From Deltaproteobacteria bacterium (lineage in GTDB: Bacteria > Myxococcota_A > Polyangia > Polyangiales > Houyiibacteriaceae), in NCBI GenBank assembly GCA_034670305.1, contig JAXMNT010000083.1, forward strand, positions 1-19,170: 19,170 nucleotides of DNA, read 5' to 3'. This document shows positions 11,477 through 18,748 of the stretch, piece after piece. A program made the position numbers and the translations under genes. Under the pieces are notes generated by a model. That model saw only the letters and a list, made by a program, of their open reading frames with translations, did not search any database and was not told the origin of the DNA. The stretch's first letter is position 1, and each line of letters starts with the position of its first letter.

Positions 11477-12664
11477 TCAACGCGGCGTGCCGCGCCCGCC
11501 GCCCTCGGCGTCGCCCACGCAGGCGGGCCCATCGTCGCCGCCGGCCTTGGGCGGCCCCATCGGATCGAGGTGTTCGATCTCTTCGTCTCGGAAGGTACGC
11601 AGAACCGTGAGCGGGCCGTCGCGGCGCACGATCGTCTCTGGACCCACCGGCACCTTCCCGCGCCCGCCCGGCGTGTCGACCACGAACTTCGGCAGCGCGA
11701 TGCCGCTGAGCCGGCCTTGCAGCGCGGCCATGATCTCGATGCCGGTGTCGAGCGGGGTGCGCAGGTGCCCGGTGCCGCGGACCACATCCGCCTGGAGCAA
11801 GTAGTAGGGCCGCACGCGGTGGCGGACCAGTCCGCGAAACAGCGTCTCGAGCACGTCCGCGTCGTCGTTGATGCCGCGCAGCAGCACCGACTGGTTCATC
11901 ACCGGCAGGCCGTGATCGACGAGGCGCGCCACCGCGGCTTCCGACTCGGCGGTGAGCTCCGCAGGATGGTTGAAGTGCGTCATCACCCACACCGACGGGT
12001 GCGACGCACGCAGCGCCTCGCACAGTTCCTCGGTGATGCGCTGGGGAATCGTCACCGGCGCCCGGGTCCCGATGCGTACGTTGCCCACGTGCGCGATCGT
12101 GGCGAGCCGCGCGAGGATCTCCGCGATTCGGCGGGTCGACATGACCAGTGGATCGCCGCCGCTGACGATGACTTCGCGGATGTCTGGGTGAGACTCGATG
12201 TGTTGAAACGCAGGCTCTAGGTGCGCCATCGAGCGCGCGCCGCCGCCGTCGCCCACCATTCGGCTGCGGGTGCAGAACCGGCAGTACACGGCGCACCGAT
12301 CGCTCGCCAAGAGCAGCACGCGATCCGGGTACCGCTGCACCAACTCGGGGGCGACCTCGTGCGCGACCTCGCCGAGGGGATCCACTCGGTCGCCCGGGAT
12401 CTCGATCGACTCGGCGGCCGTGGGCACGACCTGCTTCCGGATCGGGCAGTCGGGATCGTGTCGGTCGACCAGCCCCAAGTAGTACGGGGTGATCGACATC
12501 GGGAACCCCTCGTCGAGTGCGCGCTTTACACCTTTACGTTCGGCTGGGGTCAGGACGAGCACCCGCTCGAGCGCCTCGAGGGTTCGGATCGCCCCACGCG
12601 CCTGGGCGCGCCAGTCCGTGCGGGCCGATTCGTCGAACGTCGGGAGGGCCTGGGGCAACCTCAT
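11477..12664 (-). CDS. KamA-family radical SAM protein (lysine 2,3-aminomutase-like)
   Basis: QRYPDRVLL, CAVYCRFCTR (CxxxCxxC), SGGDPL, HFNHP, NQSVLLRGIND, RPYYL and the PLP-lysine motif PGGRGKVP. The substrate (KamA vs EpmB vs glutamate aminomutase) cannot be determined here. Confidence 0.9.
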   Translation of the reverse strand: MRLPQALPTFDESARTDWRAQARGAIRTLEALERVLVLTPAERKGVKRALDEGFPMSITPYYLGLVDRHDPDCPIRKQVVPTAAESIEIPGDRVDPLGEVAHEVAPELVQRYPDRVLLLASDRCAVYCRFCTRSRMVGDGGGARSMAHLEPAFQHIESHPDIREVIVSGGDPLVMSTRRIAEILARLATIAHVGNVRIGTRAPVTIPQRITEELCEALRASHPSVWVMTHFNHPAELTAESEAAVARLVDHGLPVMNQSVLLRGINDDADVLETLFRGLVRHRVRPYYLLQADVVRGTGHLRTPLDTGIEIMAALQGRLSGIALPKFVVDTPGGRGKVPVGPETIVRRDGPLTVLRTFRDEEIEHLDPMGPPKAGGDDGPACVGDAEGGGRGTPR

Positions 12665-12726
12665 GAGGTGGTTCTAGAACCGTTTTCCACATCCGCACCC
12701 TGTTTTCCGCACGCCCACCCCGAGTT

Positions 12727-12788
12727 TGTGACCACCGTCACCGGCGACCGGTCTCGACCGGGGCTTCAGGCCCGTGATGACCGTCACC
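12727..12788. promoter_or_regulatory. Two CRP/FNR-family-like palindromic sites in the divergent kamA-like/pckA promoter region
   Basis: TGTGA-CCACCG-TCACC (12727-12742) and CGTGA-TGACCG-TCACC (12773-12788), compared with the consensus TGTGA-N6-TCACA. Confidence 0.5.
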
Positions 12789-12891
12789 CGGGCGGGTCCC
12801 CAGGCTGGCGCGGTGCGTCACGCTGCGCTAAGCGAGAGACCGTTTCCGAGCGATTTACACGTTTACACGTGACCTGGAGCCGTTAGAAAAG

Positions 12892-14661
12892 ATGTCCACG
12901 CAGAAGCCCCGCCCCTTCGACGTCGAGTACCTCGAGAACCCCAGCCAGTCGGAGCTTCGTGCGCTCGCGTTGGCCCACACCCCAGCCGTCCTCGAGACCG
13001 CCTCGGGCAGCATCAACAAGGTGTCGCGCAACAAGGCCCGCATGGCCAAGTTCACGTACATCATCGATGCCCGGACCGAAGGCCATCCGTGGAGCGTGGG
13101 CACCATCGCCCCCGAGCGGGCTCAGGAACTCATCGCCCGGCAGGCCGCCTACATCGCCGAGAAGGGCCAGCTCATTGCGGTCGACGGCTACGTCGGTCTC
13201 GGCGAGCGCGCATTCGGCGCGACCTGGCTGTACACGGTCGAGGGCGCGAACATCGCGGGCATGCAGCAGATCCTCTCGTTCCCGCGTGAGGACGTCGAGC
13301 CGCCGGCGCTGTTGGAGCAAGACTTCAAACCCACCTTCCGCCTCGTCTACACGCCGAACCTCATGCTCGAAGACATGCCGGGCAAGCAGGCGATCATTTG
13401 CGACATGGAGAACTGGACCACCTACGTCATCGGCGCCGATTACTTCGGAGAGTCGAAGAAGGGTGTGCTCCGGATGCTGAACCACTACGTGTTCAGCCAC
13501 GGCGGGCTCGTGCTCCACGCGGGCGCGAAGGCCGTGACCAAACGCGATGGCGCCAAGGTCACGATGACGATCATGGGCCTCTCGGGCACCGGCAAGACGA
13601 CGACCACGTTCTCCAAGCAGGGCGATCTCACCGAGCCGATCCAGGACGACATGGTGGCGCTCTGGCCGAAGGGTCAGCTCTCGATCACCGAGAACGGCTG
13701 CTTCGCGAAGATCGACGGGCTCACCGAGAAGAGCGAACCCATCATCTACCGCGGCACCGTGAGCGGCGACGCGTGGGTCGAGAATGCGTTCCTCGAGGCG
13801 GACGGCTCGTTCGACTTCTCGAAAGGCGTACTCACCACCGACGACGTGAAACGCCTCCGGGAGATCTTGCTCCTCACGGGCGCCAACGAAACGAACGTCG
13901 ACAAGTTCATCTCGGGCGAGGTGAAGGCCGATGACGTGCTCGACGCGCAGGGCGTGCCGAACGATGGCTGGGACTTCGTGAAGTGGACCCAGAACGGCCG
14001 CTCGATCATCCCGATGAGCGCGATCCCGGGCGCGGCAGATCTGAACGCGATCCCCGAAGTGAAGTCGATGGGCATCCTGAACCGCGACGAAGGGGCGGAC
14101 GCCGCAACGCCGGGCATCGTGCGCTTCACCTCGCCGGCGCAGGCGGCGGGCTACTTCATGCTCGGCGAGACGAGCAAGACGAGCGCCGCCGGCAAGGAGC
14201 GCGGCAAGACGCGCTCGCCGTTCACGCAGCCCTTCTTCCCGGCCAAACACGGCCTGCAAGCGGAGCGTTTCGCGGAGCTCGCAGCGACGATGAACGGCGT
14301 GAGCATGTGGCTGATGAACACCGGCTACGTCGGTGGCGACGGCGCCGACGCGAAGAACGGCAAAGCGCTCAAGGTGAAGATCCCGCACTCGAGCGCGATG
14401 CTCGAAGCGCTGCTGAGCGATTCGATCACCTGGAAGAAGGACCCGGACTTCGGCTACGAGATCGTCGACGTCGACGCGCCCGAGAACGCGGACCTCGTCG
14501 AGAAGGTGCCGGCGGAGATCCTCGAGCCGCGCCGCTTCTTCGCGAAGCAAGGGCGCGAGGCCGAATACAACACGTGGGTGAGCTCGATGAAGACCGAGCG
14601 GCGTGAGTTCCTGCAGCGTTTCGAAGTCGACGCGCAGATCGTGGCGGCGACGTGCGACTGA
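12892..14661 (+). CDS. pckA: Phosphoenolpyruvate carboxykinase (ATP)
   Basis: YFGESKKG, LHAGA, P-loop GLSGTGKTT, QDD metal site, ENGCFAK, NGRSIIP and WLMNTG. Confidence 0.92.
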   Translation: MSTQKPRPFDVEYLENPSQSELRALALAHTPAVLETASGSINKVSRNKARMAKFTYIIDARTEGHPWSVGTIAPERAQELIARQAAYIAEKGQLIAVDGYVGLGERAFGATWLYTVEGANIAGMQQILSFPREDVEPPALLEQDFKPTFRLVYTPNLMLEDMPGKQAIICDMENWTTYVIGADYFGESKKGVLRMLNHYVFSHGGLVLHAGAKAVTKRDGAKVTMTIMGLSGTGKTTTTFSKQGDLTEPIQDDMVALWPKGQLSITENGCFAKIDGLTEKSEPIIYRGTVSGDAWVENAFLEADGSFDFSKGVLTTDDVKRLREILLLTGANETNVDKFISGEVKADDVLDAQGVPNDGWDFVKWTQNGRSIIPMSAIPGAADLNAIPEVKSMGILNRDEGADAATPGIVRFTSPAQAAGYFMLGETSKTSAAGKERGKTRSPFTQPFFPAKHGLQAERFAELAATMNGVSMWLMNTGYVGGDGADAKNGKALKVKIPHSSAMLEALLSDSITWKKDPDFGYEIVDVDAPENADLVEKVPAEILEPRRFFAKQGREAEYNTWVSSMKTERREFLQRFEVDAQIVAATCD

Positions 14662-15092
14662 GCGCGCGCCTGTCGGTCTGCGTGGGTCTGTGCGGTGCCG
14701 TTGCGTGCGGCGCATCGGCAGAAAGCCACTCCGACGGCAGCGCGGAGCACGCCGAGGCGGAAGCGACCGGCAGCGCAGGTGGCGAAGCACCTTCGGCCCA
14801 GACGACCGACACCGGTGGTACCGACACCGGTGGCACCGACATGATGGTCGGTTGGCAAGCGGAGCTCGACCAGACGATCGACGAGTTCGGCCGCACCGAC
14901 CAAGCGTTCTCCGCCGCGGTGGACGACGCGCGCTGCGACGATGCGGAAGGCTTGAAGCAAGCGGTCTGCGAACTCCGAGATCGCATCTGCGCGATCGCGC
15001 AGGAGCACCCGGAAGCGAACCAGCAGTGCGAAGACGCGTACGAACGGTGCGAGTCGGCCGAGAGCCGGTTCGATCAAGTGTGCGGAAGCTAG
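14652..15092 (+). CDS. Putative lipoprotein with a low-complexity linker and a 6-Cys helical C-terminal domain
   Basis: Signal peptide ending AVAC. The C-terminal region C..C..IC..C..C..C is predicted helical. The GTG start overlaps the 3' end of pckA. Confidence 0.7.
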   Translation: MRLSARLSVCVGLCGAVACGASAESHSDGSAEHAEAEATGSAGGEAPSAQTTDTGGTDTGGTDMMVGWQAELDQTIDEFGRTDQAFSAAVDDARCDDAEGLKQAVCELRDRICAIAQEHPEANQQCEDAYERCESAESRFDQVCGS

Positions 15093-15094
15093 AC

Positions 15095-15583
15095 GTGTCC
15101 TCGACCCAGCGGACTGGTTCGCCAAGCGCGCGCTTCGTCTTCGCGTTCGTGTTCGCAACCGTCGCGGGTTGTGCGTCGATGTCGGTGACCGAGCGCTGGG
15201 AACCGCACAGCCGCGAGTGGCGGGACGCGTTTCCCGTCGCGAGCGCCGCGATCGAGATCTCGGCCGAGGACATCGACGTACTCGACCGAACCCCGATCGT
15301 GCGCATGGGCTCACTCGTGGTGGTTCAGCCGGTCGAACTGAACGAAGCCGAGTTCAAAGCGTGGGTGAACGATCGCGCCGCCGAGATCGGTGGCACCCAC
15401 TGGATGGCCGCCAACGATCTTCAGGCCATGGGCACCGAAGCCCTCGCCGCCAAGGAGTGGCTTGGCGACGTGCGGATCGAAGAGAGAGACCGCCGAGACG
15501 GCGCCACCCTCTTCGTCGTCTTCCAAGTCCGCCGCAGCCGCTGGCTCGACCTCCCCGAGTCACTCCAGCCCGCTCCCCGCTGA
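15095..15583 (+). CDS. Putative lipoprotein, function unknown
   Basis: GTG start 2 nt after the upstream stop. Signal peptide RFVFAFVFATVAG|C with a lipobox, then a globular-looking sequence (RAAEIGGTH). Confidence 0.7.
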   Translation: MSSTQRTGSPSARFVFAFVFATVAGCASMSVTERWEPHSREWRDAFPVASAAIEISAEDIDVLDRTPIVRMGSLVVVQPVELNEAEFKAWVNDRAAEIGGTHWMAANDLQAMGTEALAAKEWLGDVRIEERDRRDGATLFVVFQVRRSRWLDLPESLQPAPR

Positions 15584-15600
15584 GCCGCCGCCTCAGGAGC

Positions 15601-15742
15601 CGGCTTCGGCATCGGCTTCGGCATCGGATTCGGCGTCGGCTTCGGCTTCGGATTTCGGCTTCGGATTCGGATTCGGCATCGGCTTCGGCATCGGCATCGG
15701 CATCGGCTTCGGCGTCGGCTTCGCATCGGCTTCGGCTTCGGC
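15601..15742. repeat. Intergenic NTCGGC hexamer tract
   Basis: TTCGGC/ATCGGC/GTCGGC/TTCGGA units on the + strand, with a 1-nt register slip (GATTTCGG). Confidence 0.95.
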
Positions 15743-15743
15743 T

Positions 15744-15779
15744 CAAGGGCAAGGGCAGGGGCAAGGCAAGGGCAAGGGG
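15744..15779 (+). repeat. G-rich CAAGGG hexamer tract
   Basis: CAAGGGCAAGGGCAGGGGCAAGGCAAGGGCAAGGGG. Confidence 0.9.
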
Positions 15780-15836
15780 ATCAAGGACGCACTGTGCCCC
15801 AACAACGCGTGCGTTCACTCACACAACCCAACCTGC

Positions 15837-15886
15837 GAACCGTCCACCACCCCCGCCGAACCGTCGCTCCCACCCACTGAACCGTC
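15837..15886 (+). repeat. Three GAACCGTC direct repeats at exact 21-bp spacing upstream of the esterase
   Basis: Copies start at 15837, 15858 and 15879. Confidence 0.8.
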
Positions 15887-15948
15887 GGGTCGAATCGGGC
15901 ACAAACCACGAAGTTGGAGGGGGTGAACCCGGGTGATACCCCTGGGTC

Positions 15949-16881
15949 GTGGACGCCATCGCGCCTCGCAGAGCACTCCTTGCGCCTGCCCACCCCGCCT
16001 GGTCCTGGCGGACGCACCTCGTCGCGCGGTTCCTTCGAGCCGCCGCATCGGGTGCCGCCCAGGAGGATCCGGTCGCGTTGCGAAGGCGCCTCGACCGCCT
16101 CGCTCGGCTGACCCCACCGAACTTCAGCGTTCGGCGCGATGCACTCCAGCTCGGCGGCGTCGACTGCGTCTGGACCCGGCCGGTGCACGGCTCGGGCGAC
16201 ACCCTCGTGCACATCCACGGCGGCGGCTTCGTGACCTGTTCGGCGCGCACCCACCGCATGATGCTGGCCGACCTCGCCTTTCACACCGGGCACGACGTGC
16301 TCGCGATCGAGTACCAACTCGCGCCCGAGAACGCGTACCCCGGCCCCATCGACGACTGCGAGAACGCTTATCTGGCGCTGCTCGAGACCGGTGTGGATCC
16401 CTCGTCCATCGTTCTTTCGGGCGACTCGGCCGGCGGCAACCTCGCGCTCGCCCTCGTACAACGACTTCGGGATCGCGGCGTGCCGCTCCCGAAGCAGCTC
16501 GTGCTGATCAGCCCGTGGGTGGATCTGCGCAACGGCGGCGAGAGCGTCGAACGCAACGCACACTTCGACTACCTGCACCGCGGCGTGCTCAACCGGTTCC
16601 GGGATCTCTACCTGCGCGACGGCGGCGACGTCGAAGACCCGCAGGTCTCCCCGAGCTTCGCGAACTTCGAAGGCCTCCCGCCCATGCTCATCCAAGCCGG
16701 CGGCGCCGAAGTCCTCCGCACCCAAATCGAACGCCTCGCCGTCGGCGCCCGCCGCGCCGGCGTCCCGGTCGAACTCCAGATCTGGCCGGGCATGATGCAC
16801 GCCTGGCACGGCTTCACCGCGTTCCTCCCGCAAGCCCGCGACGCCTTCCGCGCCATCGGCCGCGCCCTCAACGAACGCTGA
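15949..16881 (+). CDS. Alpha/beta hydrolase, hormone-sensitive lipase (family IV) esterase
   Basis: HIHGGGF oxyanion motif, YQLAPEN, nucleophile GDSAGG, ISPWVDL, acid E in GGAEVL and His in GMMHAW. Confidence 0.93.
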   Translation: MDAIAPRRALLAPAHPAWSWRTHLVARFLRAAASGAAQEDPVALRRRLDRLARLTPPNFSVRRDALQLGGVDCVWTRPVHGSGDTLVHIHGGGFVTCSARTHRMMLADLAFHTGHDVLAIEYQLAPENAYPGPIDDCENAYLALLETGVDPSSIVLSGDSAGGNLALALVQRLRDRGVPLPKQLVLISPWVDLRNGGESVERNAHFDYLHRGVLNRFRDLYLRDGGDVEDPQVSPSFANFEGLPPMLIQAGGAEVLRTQIERLAVGARRAGVPVELQIWPGMMHAWHGFTAFLPQARDAFRAIGRALNER

Positions 16882-16883
16882 TC

Positions 16884-17174
16884 TTCTTGGCGCTACGGGC
16901 CTGGCTCGCTTCGCGAGACTGGCGGCCCTAATTCGCGCCCGTCGCTGCCTGCACGTGCTCGCCGCCACTGCACTTGATGGAATGAAGAAGCATCTGGGGC
17001 GATTGGCGGCTGCGCGCGTCCAGGCGCTCCTATCGGCGCTCTCGGGGATCGATTGGGGAGTGCACCAGTTGCTCGGCCTGCGGCCTGCGCAGGTGCACGT
17101 GCGGGCGACAATATTTCTTGCCGCTACGGGCCTGGCTCGCTTCGCGAGACTGGCGGCCCTAATTCGCGCCCGTC
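16884..17174. repeat. 60-bp direct repeat pair (16884-16943 and 17115-17174; 231-bp period), probably a structured element plus a truncated tandem copy
   Basis: TTCTTG(G/C)CGCTACGGGCCTGGCTCGCTTCGCGAGACTGGCGGCCCTAATTCGCGCCCGTC, 59/60 identical, with an internal hairpin CTCGC-TTC-GCGAG. Confidence 0.9.
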
Positions 17175-17188
17175 CTTTCTGAGGGGCC

Positions 17189-17389
17189 TCGGCTTCGGCG
17201 TCGGCGTCGGCTTCGGCTTCGGCTTCGGCTTCGGCTTCGGCTTCGGCTTCGGCTTCGGGTTCGGAGTCGGCTTCGGCTTCGGCTTCGGCTTTTCGGCTTC
17301 GGCTTCGGCTTCGGCTTCGACGTCGGCTTCGGCGTCGACGTCGGCATCGGCATCGGCGTCGACGTCGGCGTCGACGTCGGCGCCGGCCT
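17189..17389. repeat. Intergenic NTCGGC hexamer tract
   Basis: Long near-perfect (TTCGGC)n run grading into GTCGGC/GTCGAC/ATCGGC units. Confidence 0.95.
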
Positions 17390-17441
17390 CGAACCCAAGA
17401 GGCCAGGGTCGGACTCAAACGCGACCTGCTACGCTCACTCG

Positions 17442-17975
17442 ATGCGCCGCGCCCTGCCCCTCCTCGCCCTGATGCTCGTCTCGAGCCTCCCCGCCTGTGC
17501 GGAGAGCACCAGTTGCATGACCGCGCGCGACTGCGAAGGCGCCGAGGTCTGCATCAACGGGTTGTGCCTCGAACCTGGTGAAGTGGACGCGGGAGAGGAC
17601 GCATTCAGCGCACCCGATGCGCCCACTGAAGACGCCCCGGCAACCGACACCGGCACCGGCGAAGACGCGGCGACCGGCGAAGACGCGGCGACCGGCGAAG
17701 ACGCGGCGACCGGCGAAGACGCAGGCACGGACGCAGGGACAGACGCGGGCGTCGACAGCGGCACCGCGGAAGGCGTCAACTGCCGCCCCGACGAGGTCCT
17801 CTGCGACATTGCTCCGCCCGTCTGCGAAGAAGGCCAAGTCCCCTCTGTCGAGGGCGGCTGCTACGGGCCCTGCGTCCCCGTCGGTGACTGTCCCTGCGCG
17901 TCCGCGTCCGACTGTCCGGAACCCGAGCGCTACACCTGCCACGGCTTCAGCATGCGCTGCGGCCCCTTTCTCTGA
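17442..17975 (+). CDS. Cys-rich putative lipoprotein with an acidic repeat linker
   Basis: Signal peptide MRRALPLLALMLVSSLPA|C, a 4-Cys N-terminal module, a TGEDAA repeat linker and a 10-Cys C-terminal region. Confidence 0.85.
   Translation: MRRALPLLALMLVSSLPACAESTSCMTARDCEGAEVCINGLCLEPGEVDAGEDAFSAPDAPTEDAPATDTGTGEDAATGEDAATGEDAATGEDAGTDAGTDAGVDSGTAEGVNCRPDEVLCDIAPPVCEEGQVPSVEGGCYGPCVPVGDCPCASASDCPEPERYTCHGFSMRCGPFL
17655..17722 (+). repeat. In-frame 18-bp tandem repeat (about 3.8 copies) encoding TGEDAA
   Basis: ACCGGCGAAGACGCGGCG three times plus ACCGGCGAAGACGC. Confidence 0.95.
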
Positions 17976-18086
17976 GCGGTCGACCGCAACTGCACCTGTG
18001 ATGCCTGGTTCACGTCGTGAACGGCAGCACCGATCCCGGACGGTCCTACTTTGCAGAAAACTCGGGCTTTCCTGGGTGTTCCTGCA

Positions 18087-18102
18087 TGGTACGGGGCGTG
18101 CA
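18087..18102 (+). promoter_or_regulatory. Candidate sigma-54 (-24/-12) promoter of the beta-barrel gene
   Basis: TGGTACG-GGGC-GTGCA, with GG and GC separated by exactly 10 nt. The predicted start site near 18113 is just before ATG 18116. Confidence 0.5.
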
Positions 18103-18115
18103 ACCCCGTCCTCCC

Positions 18116-18649
18116 ATGCTTCGCTCCGCCCTCCTGCTCTGCGCCACCCTCGTCGCGCTCGCCGTCGCCTCACCCGGCCACGCGCGCGCCGACACCGGCA
18201 CGCTCGACATCCAGCTCGGCGGACTGCAGCTGACCGACCAGGCCGGCGATGCCCATTGGCGCCCCACCATCCGCACCGACTTCGCCTTCGACCTCGTCGG
18301 GTCCGCCCTCCAAGCGGGCGGCTACTTTCAGGTCACCTCGGAGGCGTTCCCGCTCAAGCGGCCCGGGCTCGCCGGCGGTGTACTCGTGGCACTGCGCCCG
18401 GAGATCGAATGCATCGGCCTGCGCCCGATCCTCGAAGCCTCCATCGGCCGCATGCAGCTTCCGGTCGCTCAGATGCAACAGGAGGTCGCGTGGGTGAGCA
18501 GCCTCGCCGGCGGGCTCGGCGTGCGGGTCTCCGACGAACTCTTCCTGGAAGCGCGGCTCACCCACCAGTGGCTTCACGCGCTGCCGGAAGACTCCGCGCT
18601 CCGGGCCCGGACCTGGACCGTGACCGCTGGCTTCGCCGTCGAACTCTGA
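18116..18649 (+). CDS. Exported protein, probable small outer-membrane beta-barrel
   Basis: Signal peptide ending ARA|D, amphipathic strands (LAGGLGVRVSDELFLEARLTH) and a terminal strand WTVTAGFAVEL. Confidence 0.75.
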   Translation: MLRSALLLCATLVALAVASPGHARADTGTLDIQLGGLQLTDQAGDAHWRPTIRTDFAFDLVGSALQAGGYFQVTSEAFPLKRPGLAGGVLVALRPEIECIGLRPILEASIGRMQLPVAQMQQEVAWVSSLAGGLGVRVSDELFLEARLTHQWLHALPEDSALRARTWTVTAGFAVEL

Positions 18650-18667
18650 GGGCCGCCTGCCGTGCGA

Positions 18668-18710
18668 GCAGGCTGCTGAAGAACGCCCGCAGGGCGTTCT
18701 CGCAGCCTGC
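18668..18710. terminator. Long inverted repeat between convergent genes (terminator or REP-like element)
   Basis: GCAGGCTGC-TGA-AGAACGCCC-GCA-GGGCGTTCT-C-GCAGCCTGC: two 9-bp stems with an internal loop and no U-tail. Confidence 0.5.
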
Positions 18711-18743
18711 CCCTTGCCCCTGCCCTTGCCTTTGCCCTTGCCC
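18710..18743 (-). repeat. G-rich GGGCAA hexamer tract immediately 3' of the four-helix-bundle gene
   Basis: The - strand reads GGGCAAGGGCAAAGGCAAGGGCAGGGGCAAGGGG. Confidence 0.9.
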
Positions 18744-18748
18744 GCGGA

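Noticed and set aside
12806-12822. Sigma-54 promoter TGGCGCG... upstream of pckA
   Set aside because: There is no GC at the required 10-nt distance from the GG.
14603-15094. N-terminal half of the 326-aa ORF 14603..15583
   Set aside because: It overlaps pckA and the upstream lipoprotein gene. The signal peptide and lipobox indicate a start at GTG 15095.
16884-17174. CRISPR array interpretation of the 60-bp direct repeats
   Set aside because: There are only two copies, the repeat and the ~170-bp spacer are too long, and no cas genes are in the window.
16955-17182. 75-aa ORF MLAATALDG... as a cargo or toxin gene
   Set aside because: It has no clear RBS or motif and runs through the second repeat copy. 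It cannot be excluded but is unsupported.
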